A stretch of 58,159 nt of DNA, counting the filler, from Sphacelaria rigidula (Eukaryota): NCBI GenBank assembly GCA_964200075.2. It is 5 parts of 5 records of this genome, joined end to end, with 100 filler letters (N's around TTAATTAATTAA, not from the genome) between each part and the next. Parts side by side here need not be neighbours in the genome. Positions count along the whole stretch, not along the records: positions 1 to 11,554 come from CAXNAA020004795.1; 4 more parts are not named here. One strand, written 5' to 3'. The position numbers and the translations under genes are program-made. The notes under the pieces are model-generated. The model saw nothing but the letters and a program-made list of their open reading frames with translations, ran no database searches and was not told the DNA's origin. Positions within the stretch are counted from its first letter, which is position 1. Every line of letters starts with the position of its first letter. This document shows positions 1-10,771 of the stretch, piece after piece.

Positions 1-39
1 ACCCCCCCCCCTATCATAGGATGACTCACAAAGTGCTAA

Positions 40-3000
40 CGGCCGACGCTGATGCATCTGAAACCCACGACCGTGATGGCCTCCGCGCCAACAAATGCTA
101 TGCATGGTCAACTATCGGATCTTCGATGATTGTTGGCTCATCAGAGACCACCCATCTCCGGAAACCCATGAAACTCCGCCTCAGGTAATATTCGCCGTTT
201 CCGTTCAGCGGAGCACATGGCAAATTCCCTCATTTTTACGCCGGCCTCATGTGCCGTGGACAAATTCACAGCGACCATCGTTGTACAATGAATTGTCCTG
301 GGCGAATCTCGAATGATATGTGCGATACGGAACTAGTAAAATACTCCTCTTCTATTGCGGTGGCGTATTTACCGCGGATCAGCGATGTAGACGCCAGCAC
401 CCGACATCGGTTCGCAAATAACAGGGAGCAGCACATTGCCCTCAATCACGTGGTTTCGGGACCGCAGCCCCTTCTGACGCCAAACGGCGGGCATTTGATG
501 CACGACCACTGCGAAAATACGTGTGACCAGGTGAGTATTCACGCGCATAGGCCGCCGATGACCATGCCAGACACCCAACCCACTCCGCCATCAACACTGC
601 AGCCGGAGATCAGACACCACCACATCATCCACAGCATAGCTGAAAACAGACCTTCCCGCAGAATCCATAGGTACTTGTTGGTATGCCCCTCTCGAATTTT
701 CCGCACTAGATACAGAACGCGCAGCTCTACCCTGGGACCGCTGCGGATGCGAAATCCGCATATTATATCCTCAAGCACGTGGCCCAGTGCCACTGACGGC
801 GCACATGCAGAACCCGTGTCTGCAACACCACTCGTGGCTCCATCGGGATCATTCCTCATTTTTCGGAATGAAAGGTCATGTCACGAATATGCCGACTCCC
901 GCCGGAAATATACGTATCTGATCATTTCCGTCGGCGCGTGCTTTGTCAAACTCAGTTGCTCTGTCATTGGTCGCGTCTCCTCTCACTTTTCACCGCAACT
1001 TATGGGCATGTGGGATAATGATTTATGATTGCCGTATCCCACTGTCGAGTTGTCGTTGTGAAACCTCATTCACATCCACCGCAACCCCTGATTCCGACGT
1101 GCGCAGTACTTGATGTATTTTGATGATTGTTTTCTGTCCCCCCGGACCAATGTGACATACGCTCAACGTCGGTGTGCAGTGGAGAGTGCGAAGAACAAGC
1201 ATCATTAATCAAACGGCCGACGTTTCCCCCCGTGAGCGCCAGTGAGTTGGACCCCACCCATGGGATCATTCGTACTTGTTCTGCGTTTCCAACTTGTGAT
1301 CAATTCAGCAGTCCAGGCTGATGTTCGCAACATGTGATCAATTTCAGCATTTCACGAGGAAATGTGTAGCCCCGGAACACTCTTCTCCCAACGAGTGATC
1401 AGGTGACACTCTGCACACACCGGTTTTGCGAGCCCTCAACGATCCTGGCACAAGCGACGCGCGTTTGCCAATGGTCTGGCGTGCCTGCATCAGCGCCTTT
1501 GGAACTGAAGGCTTGAATGTATGAGCAACAAACAAAAACGTTCGACATTGCTTCATCAATCTCTAGAGACCACTCGTGACCACGTTGAAGAAGGAGAACC
1601 TCTTGAAGAAAAAGTACACCGCCTCAGCACGTCTACTCTCGCCAATCCTGAATACGTCACGATTCAATTTCTGTCCGCGCCTGAAATGAACCATAAAGCC
1701 GAAAAATGAGCAGAGTTGGAGAAAAAAAACTACAACAAAACAAAGGAAAAGTACATGAAATGTAGACGAGGGCGAGCAGGGTGTGTATGTGTGTATGTGC
1801 TCATGATCTGGCATGCCATACTTCCATGACGAAGCGTCGTGGAGTGTTCGGCGAGTCGCCTGAGGGGTGAGCTGCATCTTGCTGTGATTGGTCACCCCAA
1901 AGCGTACTGATTATCTTGCATATTGATGACAGCCTTCCTTGAGTTGCCTCGTTTACTGGTATCGCCACGGCCAGAGATAGCCACGGGTGACACACTACCT
2001 CATGATGGGTGTCTCGGGATATAACTACTATGTAGTACGATCATCCCGTTTGCGCGGAATTGACGCTCTCCTACCCCCCACAACATGCACCACCATCATG
2101 GCTACCGCAACAAAAACGCAAGCGCGAAAGAGACGGAAACCTGGTCAACTAACCTACATAGTATGAAGGCATGCTTTACAGCGTCGTTGCCAACAGACGT
2201 TAACCATCACATAGGAGGAGGAGCGTACTCATGTTTCTCTTGCCTCGGTCGATTGACCATCAACCACGCATCCCTGTCGAGACGGAGCACCCGCGGAGGA
2301 GTGGGCGGGGTAATGAGACCGAAATGACTGTTGACTGTGGAGATCAAATCAAACGTGGAATTTTGATTTTTCTGCTACCGGGTTTGGCCAAAACGCGTGC
2401 TCGACTTCCTGTATATATATATATATATATATTTGTAATCGAACCACCAGGGCAGGGACGTCGGTCGTCTTCCGTTGTTTCGTATTTTTTCAGGACTCTA
2501 GACACCCCGCGTGCCTCCTGAAGCATACCTTTTTTCATCAAACAAGAATTCATAGGACGAGCACGGTGACTACACTAGCCTCGAGGAAAAATATTAGTCC
2601 CAAGGCTGAGCCCAACGCTCGCCCCCAGAGAACGTAGGCCGTGAAGCTCCAGGCTCGGTGGGTTTTGGTGCCCAGCTGCCGAGATACCTCTTCGAGCGTG
2701 GCTGCACGCATATCATGGGTTTTGAAATCAACTGCCAAATTTAATCACTTGGGAACAGACTGAAACGAATCTGGAAACCAGTGTGTACAATGTACTGAGT
2801 CGAAAAAAAATGAAAGCGATGGGTGCGTTGGCTAGAGCTGCTGAGAGGTTCGCAGACGCGTTGGTTGTTGCGCTTGTCGTTGATCGTCCAGTTTTTCACC
2901 TCATTTAACAGTGAGGTGAGGCAAGCTTTTCGTCCGCCATAATTGCAGACGGGCTCAGAGATGTCGTTTTTCCAGTGGTCGCTGGTCCAAGACGTTGGTG

Positions 3001-3200
3001 GTGATGCAATGGTGATGTGATAAGTGAATACAACAGGCACGTATACATCAACCCCCCGAGCAAGTACCCAGTGGCACTCGCCAAATACGTACAGCACTCA
3101 GCTCCATCAGACTTCCAATTGCAGTACGTGACCTCCGCACTTCGAAGCAAACTGGAGCAAACTTGGAGCATCACACGTGTTCCGGCCCCTTACTTGTGAG
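40..3200 (-). mobile_element. Highly decayed Helitron Rep/PIF1-helicase coding remnant, interrupted by other repeats
   Basis: Minus-strand fragments occur in canonical RepHel order across stops and frameshifts. N-terminal 'VCSSLLRSAE...ECC' (~3085-3175). HUH motif-2-like 'VAHTFK/LQFQRR*CRHA' (~1478-1530; cf. EFQxRGxPHxH). Motif-3-like 'LHTDVE...KYIKYC' (~1100-1180). 'RVLYLV...KYLWILR' and 'VDG' (~585-725). Walker-A-like 'FVHGT*GRRKN' (~232-264; cf. FVDGPGGTGKT). Boundaries approximate. Confidence 0.6.
1800..2140. repeat. Dispersed repeat family B, copy 1
   Basis: Shares 'CTGATTATCTTGCAT...GATGACAG...CACACT(G/A)CCTCATG...TTTGCGCGGAATTGA...CACCATCATGGCTACCGCAA' with 55635-56020. Partial copies at ~11338-11460, 20517-20852 and 46612-46730. 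Confidence 0.8.
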
Positions 3201-3929
3201 CAAGCTGCGGCGAACATTCTCTCTACCTGATCTACAGACAGTTTGAACGCTCTCGTGGTTTATGCAGCGGTCGTTGATATTCCGGCGGGTAACGTCCTGA
3301 ATTGAAATCCAATGATGGCGACCGACGTATTTTTCTCGCCACATCTGCAGACGGTTTCAAGGATGTATTGCCAGGTGCATCACACCTCCAGTATACATTT
3401 CCTGAAGCATTTTCGACATACAATATATTGACCCCAACATAATGTCGACGGCCCCCGGCCTACAAAAACATATATCATGATACCGCTACCTCTTGCATAG
3501 TTTTTGTTCGACATCTAGTGTCGCAACAGCGAGTCTTATTTTTTTCATAAGACATGTTGCTAGCTACACGTCGATATATCCATCGCCACACGTGATGAAA
3601 CATTGATCGGGGAGCAACCTCGTGTCGTGCATATGTCGGCATGAACCCACTCCACCTCGATGATGTGAACATATACTGCGGCTACATCGCTCCCAACTGG
3701 AGCACGTACCAACATGGTTTATCGAGACCTGAAATGTGCTGTCTTCGATATCAACTTTAGGTATCTAGTGGAAATATTCAGACGCATCTAAGGTGTTAAG
3801 TGTTTACGGTTCCTATGGAATCTAACACGTCGGTAGTCTACCGCCGAAAACCGCCGTTATCGAAATTCCCATCGTGCAACGGTACTGTACTGTACCGTGC
3901 GTATTTTGCTCTTCAATCGGAGCATGACA

Positions 3930-4818
3930 TTTTTGTAGTTTTTTTGTAGTCGGCGATTTTGAATGTTTTTTTCGCGTGCCACCGCTCATCCCAGCGAGCG
4001 GTTGATCCAAACGTTTGAGAGTCGGGAGATACTAGGCATCCTTTTCACATTCCGCAACGAAAACCGTCTTCGTGCTCAATCGACACTGAACGACTTCCAA
4101 AGTGAGGCGACAGGGGATGTTATTGACCAACGAGGTTGACAGGTGATGCTATTGATCTCTTTTGCTCGAACACATACCTCTTTCAGGCTCTAGCGTAATG
4201 AATAGGTAAAAAAACAAACTAAAGTACGTAAACATCTTCATGAAATTAATGGAATTTGTTTCACCCCCACCTATGCTATCTAGAGCTCGGTTGGGCAATT
4301 TTCGATTTTGGGCTTTTTCCTGAATTTTCTCGTGTAGTATCCGTCCTTGACGCTTGTAAGTCCTGGCGTTGATGGATATTGGGAAAAGAAGCAAGTCGTG
4401 CTCAGAACACTATCCTCAAGATGTTTCGGGGAGATATGGAATACGTTCCTTGTTCATCAGGTAATGTTGTCGATCGTTACTGGTCCAAAAAACAGTTCTC
4501 CGGCTCTGAAGCAATAATTAGGTGGAACGACTAGAAAAAGCAGCCACTTTGATTCTTTTATGAAATGGATTTGAATTGCTTCAATCGAGCAAAAATGCTC
4601 AAGCTTCACAACCTGGGGCTGGGTTATCTCAGGACCCCCGAAAACCGGTCAGCCCGTGAGGCTTTCACAGATGAGCACGAATGTAAAGTTGTTTCGGAAG
4701 GTGCTGGAGATGCTTGATATGTCCCGATCCTCAAACTTTGTTATCAAACGTTGACTGGGATGAGCGGTGGCACGCGAAAACAATGCAATATCTCCGACGA
4801 CGAAAATACTACGAAACT
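3930..4818. repeat. Diverged ~145-bp inverted repeats flanking a ~600-bp spacer (probable TIR-element relic)
   Basis: ~3930-4076 is the reverse complement of ~4673-4818. Exact core TTTTCGCGTGCCACCGCTCATCCCAG / CTGGGATGAGCGGTGGCACGCGAAAA. Confidence 0.75.
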
Positions 4819-6756
4819 CTTCCATCTTAGATAGTAGCCATTGTAACCATGTAGGCGTGGAATGGAAGTAGGCGAATTGCGACCCCGACAGCCGTCACGT
4901 GTACGCATTCCCACATGCAGCACTGGAGGCAAAACCGAGAAATTAGTAACGATGCGCTTACCATAGCACCGATGCACCACGAAAGGAATGCACACGGCAC
5001 AAACCAAAACCGTAAAAAGCCGACACCGTGTGCAACATCGAAGAATCGACGTTGCCTGGCCCACCACACAACACAGGATATGACAACAGACTCTTCTTCC
5101 ATCACCAAATAATACCGCGTCCTGTAGTTTTGTACGGTCACTACGCTGAGCCGAGAATCGTCAGAAACAGGAATGAGTTACTTCCCTCAAAAGCGGGCAA
5201 AGGCTAATACGTTTGACCAGGTGCAAATCGGAAGCTCCACGACGTCACCAGCCACGTCAACTGTTTTTTTCGCGCATTTGTTTAAGTTTTTACTCGATAT
5301 TCGAATATTCTTTGGTGAGACCCGTGGTCGGATGCGAGGACAAAACACGCGCACAAACAGTGATTGAACAGCCGCTTCCGAACCGCTTCTTCTGATCCGA
5401 AAGAATATCTTCGAAAAACGGGCCCGGTGCTTGATCCAGGTGTCGGTCGAACCGTTCCTATGGGACCTCTCAGAGAGAGACAACGTCTCCGAACGGGGCT
5501 TGCCCCCTGAACGATGATTTTCGCCTCCATCGTGTCGAGAAAAACGACCTTTTACCGGAGATATCGAAGTTTGTCGACCCAGGGGATCACACAAACGCCT
5601 CCATCAAGCATGGTGCGGCCAGCTGTGTAGACAGAGAACATACATGAGGACACAGCTGTGCACGTCGAGTACAGACAGCAAGCACAGTGTACGATGCAGC
5701 GACGTTACTTTGCAGGCCGTGCCGCTGTGTAACCGTGCATCCAGTACCCACAGGTGTAGCATATAGTTGATGAGCACATGCATGCCACGCAACGGCAGCC
5801 GCATACCGCAGGGTACGTGCAGTGCAGCAGTGCAGATGGGGCAGTAAAGTACAGCAGAAATACGGACAACGGACAGGACAGCGGCCGCTTTTTCGTACAC
5901 CAAGTAAACCATTCCAATTATCACGGTGGACGGGCGTACGCGCCATTTGTTTTCGGAGTTGTACGAAACGGTTTCGAAAACTGCTGTTCTTCGTAGTCTG
6001 TCACTGGCCGACCTTTTGCTCAGTCGTCGGATCATAGCCAGCGACCTCAACAGCAAAAGGACATGGAAGAAAACACATGGGTTTGTTTCGATAAATCAAA
6101 CCACCGTGAGGTGCCGTTTGCACCTTGGACCACACATCGTTCAATTGCCGCGGGTTCACCAAGGCGAGTTTATTGTGGGGCACGGAGTTTTTCGCGGTAC
6201 CTGCAGTGTATGGCATGTGTTGTCCAAGGCCCGACATGACGTGGTCCGCATAATCTGTTTGATGACAGGGCACATGGTGGCAGAGAATCGCGATGCGGTT
6301 TCAGTTGTGAACGGGGCGTACGAATTTCCGTTTCCGTGGTATAGTACGGTGCTAGAATCGCATATTGGTGCGTAAACCAAGAAATAGTTATTATATGCAG
6401 AACACATTCCGGGCAAAGGATTCCTTGCTTGGTTCGTATTATTTTGCTGACATTTTAACTCCAAGGTTTACTTTAGTCGCCCGCCGAATACCTTTAGCAC
6501 ATATATTCATGTGTCGTGAGGTCTGCTACGCCGTTTTGTCCCATTTGTGTTCTTACGTTGGTATTTGCGTGTTTCTACAGCTGTCCCCCTAGAGCAGAAT
6601 GAGTGCCAATTACACCGAGCCCTGTGCTTTTTACTGCATCACGTGCAAAATGGACGCACGGGCCACATTTATTCCCTGTCCACACCTCCGCACGTTCACC
6701 GCATGGTCCGTCGATAACCCCTGTCTCGGTGGCATTCTAGTGGCTTTTGCCGCAGG

Positions 6757-6945
6757 GTGCCGGTTGATCGGAGTATGTGCAAGAGTCCTCGTTGCTATAT
6801 CGAGGCGATATATCAGAGTATTTACGAGCCCTCAGTGAGCTCCTTGGAGTTCATCCCGTCCAGTGAGTGCGTTCTAGATCTCAGTGTCAAACCTCTTCAG
6901 GCAAGGGGGCATCAAAGGAGTAATACCAGTTTTCGAGAGGGGTGA
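6757..6945 (+). mobile_element. Possible Ty1/Copia RNase H C-terminal remnant followed by a PPT-like tract
   Basis: 'YIEAIYQSIYE...LEFIPSSECVLDLSVKPL' resembles Copia 'HIDxxYHxIRE...xxxxpSxxqxADxxTKPL'. It is followed by purine tract GAGAGGGG (6935-6942) and then TG. Confidence 0.4.
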
Positions 6946-7548
6946 ATTTTCACAACCCTCCCGAAGTTGACGCGGTGTCTTGTTTCAGCAGGTGGTGACA
7001 GGGACGACTGATGTTTGCACAGCTGGCTATCATCATACCGGCTTGCTAGTGCCGTATGGTGGGTGCTGTAGCATGCACAACCGTCCTGCCAGTGGTAACC
7101 GCCACCATAGCTAGCGTAGAGCACCCTTTGCGCACCTACACAGGATGAGGTGACGTCTACCAACAGCACATGACAGTATGATGAAAACGTGATGGATCAT
7201 CGTGTGCTACCCACCTCGATATCACCATCTGCCTGATGCAGGCGTTCGGCCTCAATCGTTTATATGCTGAGGGAACCCACTCGCATGGACTGATGGTTCG
7301 TCCAGCCAGTGAGCCTGATGCGAGGTGCACAGAATAGAATGATCGTTTGCGCGCCGTGTGTCACGTGAATCGCGTGGGTAAAGAAACCGCACTAGCGACC
7401 TCGATACTGTAGATTTCTGCGCATCTTAAGACTTGAACATTTCACATGAGCACGGCCTGACATTGTATTTGCTGGTTGATTGGTGCAGGGTGCTACCGGA
7501 CTGGTCAACTGGTTCTCGTGAACGGGTCTGTGCCAGAGGGGATCGTCG

Positions 7549-7550
<2 letters not shown>

Positions 7551-7581
<31 letters not shown>
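7551..7581. repeat. (GCA)n microsatellite upstream of the EsV-1-7 gene ATG
   Basis: About 10 perfect GCA units. Confidence 0.9.
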
Positions 7582-7583
<2 letters not shown>

Positions 7584-7628
7584 GGAATACCGCGGCCTTG
7601 TTCCCTCTCTACTGTACTTGTAAAAGAG

Positions 7629-9485
7629 ATGCCTAGCTTGTGCACCCACACGAGTTGCACCACGGCCGCATCATTGGGCATAGCGGGTAGAAGTAAGGCA
7701 GAGTTCTGTACCAAACATGCGCGGGTGGGAATGGTCAATGTAAGAAGCAGGAGGTGCGGTGAGGACGGCTGCTCCAAATACCCATCGTTCGGTGCAACCG
7801 GTAGCAGGAAGGCGAAGTTCTGCGCCGCACACGCCCGAGTGGGCATGGCCAATGTGAAGCACGAGCGGTGTGGTAGGGAGGGTTGCTCCAAACACCCATC
7901 GTTCGGTGCAGCCGGTAGCAGGAAGGCGGGGTTCTGCGCCACACACGCCCGAGTGGGCATGGTCGATGTGAAGAATACGCGGTGCGCCAAGGAGGGATGC
8001 TCCACAATACCATCGTTCGGTGCAGCCAGTAGCAGGAAGGCGGAGTTCTGCGCCACACACGCTCGTGCGGGCATGATCGATGTAGTGAGCAAGCAGTGCG
8101 CCGAGGAGGGCTGCTCCACTCAACCGTCGTTTGGTGCAGCCGGCAGCAGAAAGGCGGAGTTCTGCGCCACACACGCCCGTGCAGGCATGGTCGATGTGGT
8201 ACACAGGCGGTGCGGCAGGGAGGGTTGCTCCAAACACCCATCGTTTGGTGCAGCCGGTCACAGGAAGGCGGAGTTCTGCCAGACACATGCCCGAGCGGGC
8301 ATGGTCAGTGTTAAGAGCAAGCGGTGTGGCAAGGAGGGCTGCATCACAATACCATCGTTCGGTGCAGCCGGTAGCAGGAAGGCGGGGTTCTGCGCCACAC
8401 ACGCGCGTGCGGGCATGGTCGATGTGAATAGCAATCGGTGCGCCAAGAAGGAATGCCCAACTCAACCATCGTTCGGTACAACCAGTAGCAGGAATGCGGA
8501 GTTCTGCGCCACACACGCCTGTGAAGGCGTGGTCGATGTGAATAGCAAGCGGTGCGCAAAGGAGGGATGCTCCACTCATCCGTCGTTTGGTGCAGCCGGC
8601 AGCAGGAAGGCGGGGTTTTGCCAGACACATGCCCGAGCGGGCGTGATCGATACGAGTAGCAAGTGGTGTGGCAAGGAGGGCTGCACCACAATACCATCGT
8701 TTGACGCAGCCGGTGGCAGGAACGCGGAGTTCTGCGCCGCACACATCCGCGCAGGGATGATCTTCGTGAAGGGTGATGACTGCGCTTCGCAGCATCATTC
8801 CAACCTGGTTCGGGAGCATGAGAACACTCACCATCATGCTGATGCTGACTTGGTCATATGGTCTGATCCCCTAGGACGTATCCGAGAAGAAACCCCTGCG
8901 AGTGATGACCTGGCCACGGGAGAGATTGGCGTCGGTATCGATGATGGATGTGAGAAGTCCGGCCATCCACCAAATGCCGGCCGCGACAAAGACGATGGTG
9001 GTCGTCACGCTGCTTCTCGTTGCAGTTCGCGTGTCATTCGTGATGGGCGAAGGGATGCAAATTCCACGACCACGTCGCCTGCCCCCTCGAGACAGCCTCC
9101 CGGCGCGGCGGCAGCAGATAAGAGTACTATAGGTGGCGCAGAGGTGCGCATGAAAATCAAAATGGAGGAGACTTCTGCACCTGCGCGAGTCCCCGAGGGG
9201 ATACGAACTAGCAAACAAACTACTGCGGGATCCAGCAGTTGGGACAGCATGGCCTTCGGCGGCTCTAGCAGGACTACCAGAAGCAGAAGTTGTGCTGATA
9301 GCATCACCGATGGAAGGACCACGAAGCGGCCTCGCCGGACGGCCGAGGTGGAGCCGATACTTGACGTGGCAACCGGGAATATTGCAATGCCTAAAGACGA
9401 TGGAACCGATGTGAAGTTAGAATCAAATGTGTCCTCCCCGTCTCATCACGTGTCCGCGGCCTCATCTCGCCTACGAAAGAGGTAG
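7629..9485 (+). CDS. Intronless EsV-1-7 cysteine-rich repeat protein (10 x 38-aa putative zinc-binding repeats plus low-complexity C-terminus)
   Basis: Uninterrupted ORF; first in-frame ATG at 7629 (MPSLC...). Repeats of 114 bp from 7641 to 8780, consensus CxxEGCxxxPSFGAAGSRKAxFCATHARAGMVDVxxxR. This matches the EsV-1-7 motif known from Ectocarpus virus EsV-1 and the expanded brown algal family that includes IMMEDIATE UPRIGHT. Confidence 0.9.
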   Translation: MPSLCTHTSCTTAASLGIAGRSKAEFCTKHARVGMVNVRSRRCGEDGCSKYPSFGATGSRKAKFCAAHARVGMANVKHERCGREGCSKHPSFGAAGSRKAGFCATHARVGMVDVKNTRCAKEGCSTIPSFGAASSRKAEFCATHARAGMIDVVSKQCAEEGCSTQPSFGAAGSRKAEFCATHARAGMVDVVHRRCGREGCSKHPSFGAAGHRKAEFCQTHARAGMVSVKSKRCGKEGCITIPSFGAAGSRKAGFCATHARAGMVDVNSNRCAKKECPTQPSFGTTSSRNAEFCATHACEGVVDVNSKRCAKEGCSTHPSFGAAGSRKAGFCQTHARAGVIDTSSKWCGKEGCTTIPSFDAAGGRNAEFCAAHIRAGMIFVKGDDCASQHHSNLVREHENTHHHADADLVIWSDPLGRIREETPASDDLATGEIGVGIDDGCEKSGHPPNAGRDKDDGGRHAASRCSSRVIRDGRRDANSTTTSPAPSRQPPGAAAADKSTIGGAEVRMKIKMEETSAPARVPEGIRTSKQTTAGSSSWDSMAFGGSSRTTRSRSCADSITDGRTTKRPRRTAEVEPILDVATGNIAMPKDDGTDVKLESNVSSPSHHVSAASSRLRKR

Positions 9486-10327
9486 ATTGAATGGAGGACC
9501 CGTGCACGCCTTTTCCCCGGCTGATGTTGGACAACCGTATCTGGGGTGCGCGGGTCACAATTTCGTTCAAATGTACACATGTCTATCAGTCTACTCGTTC
9601 CGAGGTTAAGGAGGTCAGCTGTGTTCGGTCGGTAGCTGGGGAGGCGGTGGTCGCTTAGCCACTCCTTTGCGTGAATGTGTGGTGGCGGATCGTCTCCAGC
9701 CATCATTCTCGAAGCATACTTCATCTGCTAGCTGCATCTTCGCCTGGTTATGTCACTGCTTTAAGCAGATCAACGCGTCGAAAGGTCAATTCGCAGCCTT
9801 ATGCCATACCACCGCGTCCCAATGATGCAACTGGTTCATGCAGAATCGATAATGGCGAAATATTTCGGCTTGGGATCGAGGGATTCGTCTCCTCAGGTGT
9901 ATCTGAATTCCATCTTGGAAGGCTTGAGGGCATCAGAATCCGGTAACATTTGACAACAATCGACAAGATGCGGGAGTGCTGATCTCATCGGCGATACCAA
10001 AATGTTGGGCATGCACTAGGAGAAAGATTGATGAACCCCTTCAGACTACGTTCCGAGGAGCAGGACAGGTGAAGAGGGGGGTGAAAATAATAACAGCCAA
10101 CGCGCTGCCCGTGCCACCATTGTTTTCCTCTCGATATGCAGCACCGGATACTTGTACCTAGCGGCAATAGTGCGCAAGCAAAAGGTACATTTTTGGTGGG
10201 TAACATGAAGCTTCGAACTGCTTGGCACTGCTGACATGAGGTGGCCACGTACACTGTAGTAGCACGACGCACATGCACCGTTTTGAAGGATTTCGCGCAG
10301 CTTATGTACTATTAGGGATGTGCGACA

Positions 10328-10771
10328 AACACGGGACATTACAAATTGAGGATGGATATTTTATTGGGGATGAGAAACCCGGGAAATTAAAATCTTCGCA
10401 TCCACACAAAATCTTCGAAACATGGTTCCATTTCTTCACCTACTGATAGCTGCTGACAACTGCTACACGCCATAGAAGTTTGGATCTCGATGACCGAAAT
10501 TTTGGGGTCCTAGGTGAAAAACTAATTTCGGAACCATTTCGGAGTCCGTTCGGACACCCAGAATTCCCCAAAATTGGTTTTTCACCTAGGACCCCAAAAT
10601 TTCGGTCATCAAGATCCAAAGTTCTATGGCGTGTAGCAGTTGTCAACAGCTATCAGTAGGTGAAGAAATGGAACCATGTTTCGATTATTTGGTGTGGATA
10701 CGAAGATTTTATTTCCCCGGGTTTCTCATCCCCAATAAAATATCCATCCCCAATTCGTAAGATCCGGTGTT
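10328..10771. mobile_element. Foldback/palindromic MITE family A, copy 1 (444 bp)
   Basis: Near-perfect palindrome AACACGGGACATTACAAATTGAGGATGG...CCATCCCCAATTCGTAAGATCCGGTGTT, with GACA on both flanks (possible 4-bp TSD). Homologs at 25506-25948 and 44825-45254. Confidence 0.9.

Noticed and set aside
249-1028. 259-aa plus-strand ORF
   Set aside because: No recognisable motif; antisense to the Helitron remnant.
5604-6464. Cys/His peptide YCPICTAALHVPCG on the minus strand
   Set aside because: Isolated zinc-finger-like fragment with no supportable gene model or TE assignment.
7476-7628. N-terminal poly-Ala extension of the 669-aa ORF
   Set aside because: Starts at a non-ATG codon and the poly-Ala comes from a GCA microsatellite; the first ATG at 7629 directly precedes repeat 1.
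7505-8837. Antisense repeat ORFs (204 aa, 388 aa, etc.) and 114-bp periodicity resembling an array
   Set aside because: Shadows of the EsV-1-7 coding repeat. There is no repeat-spacer structure, so it is not CRISPR.
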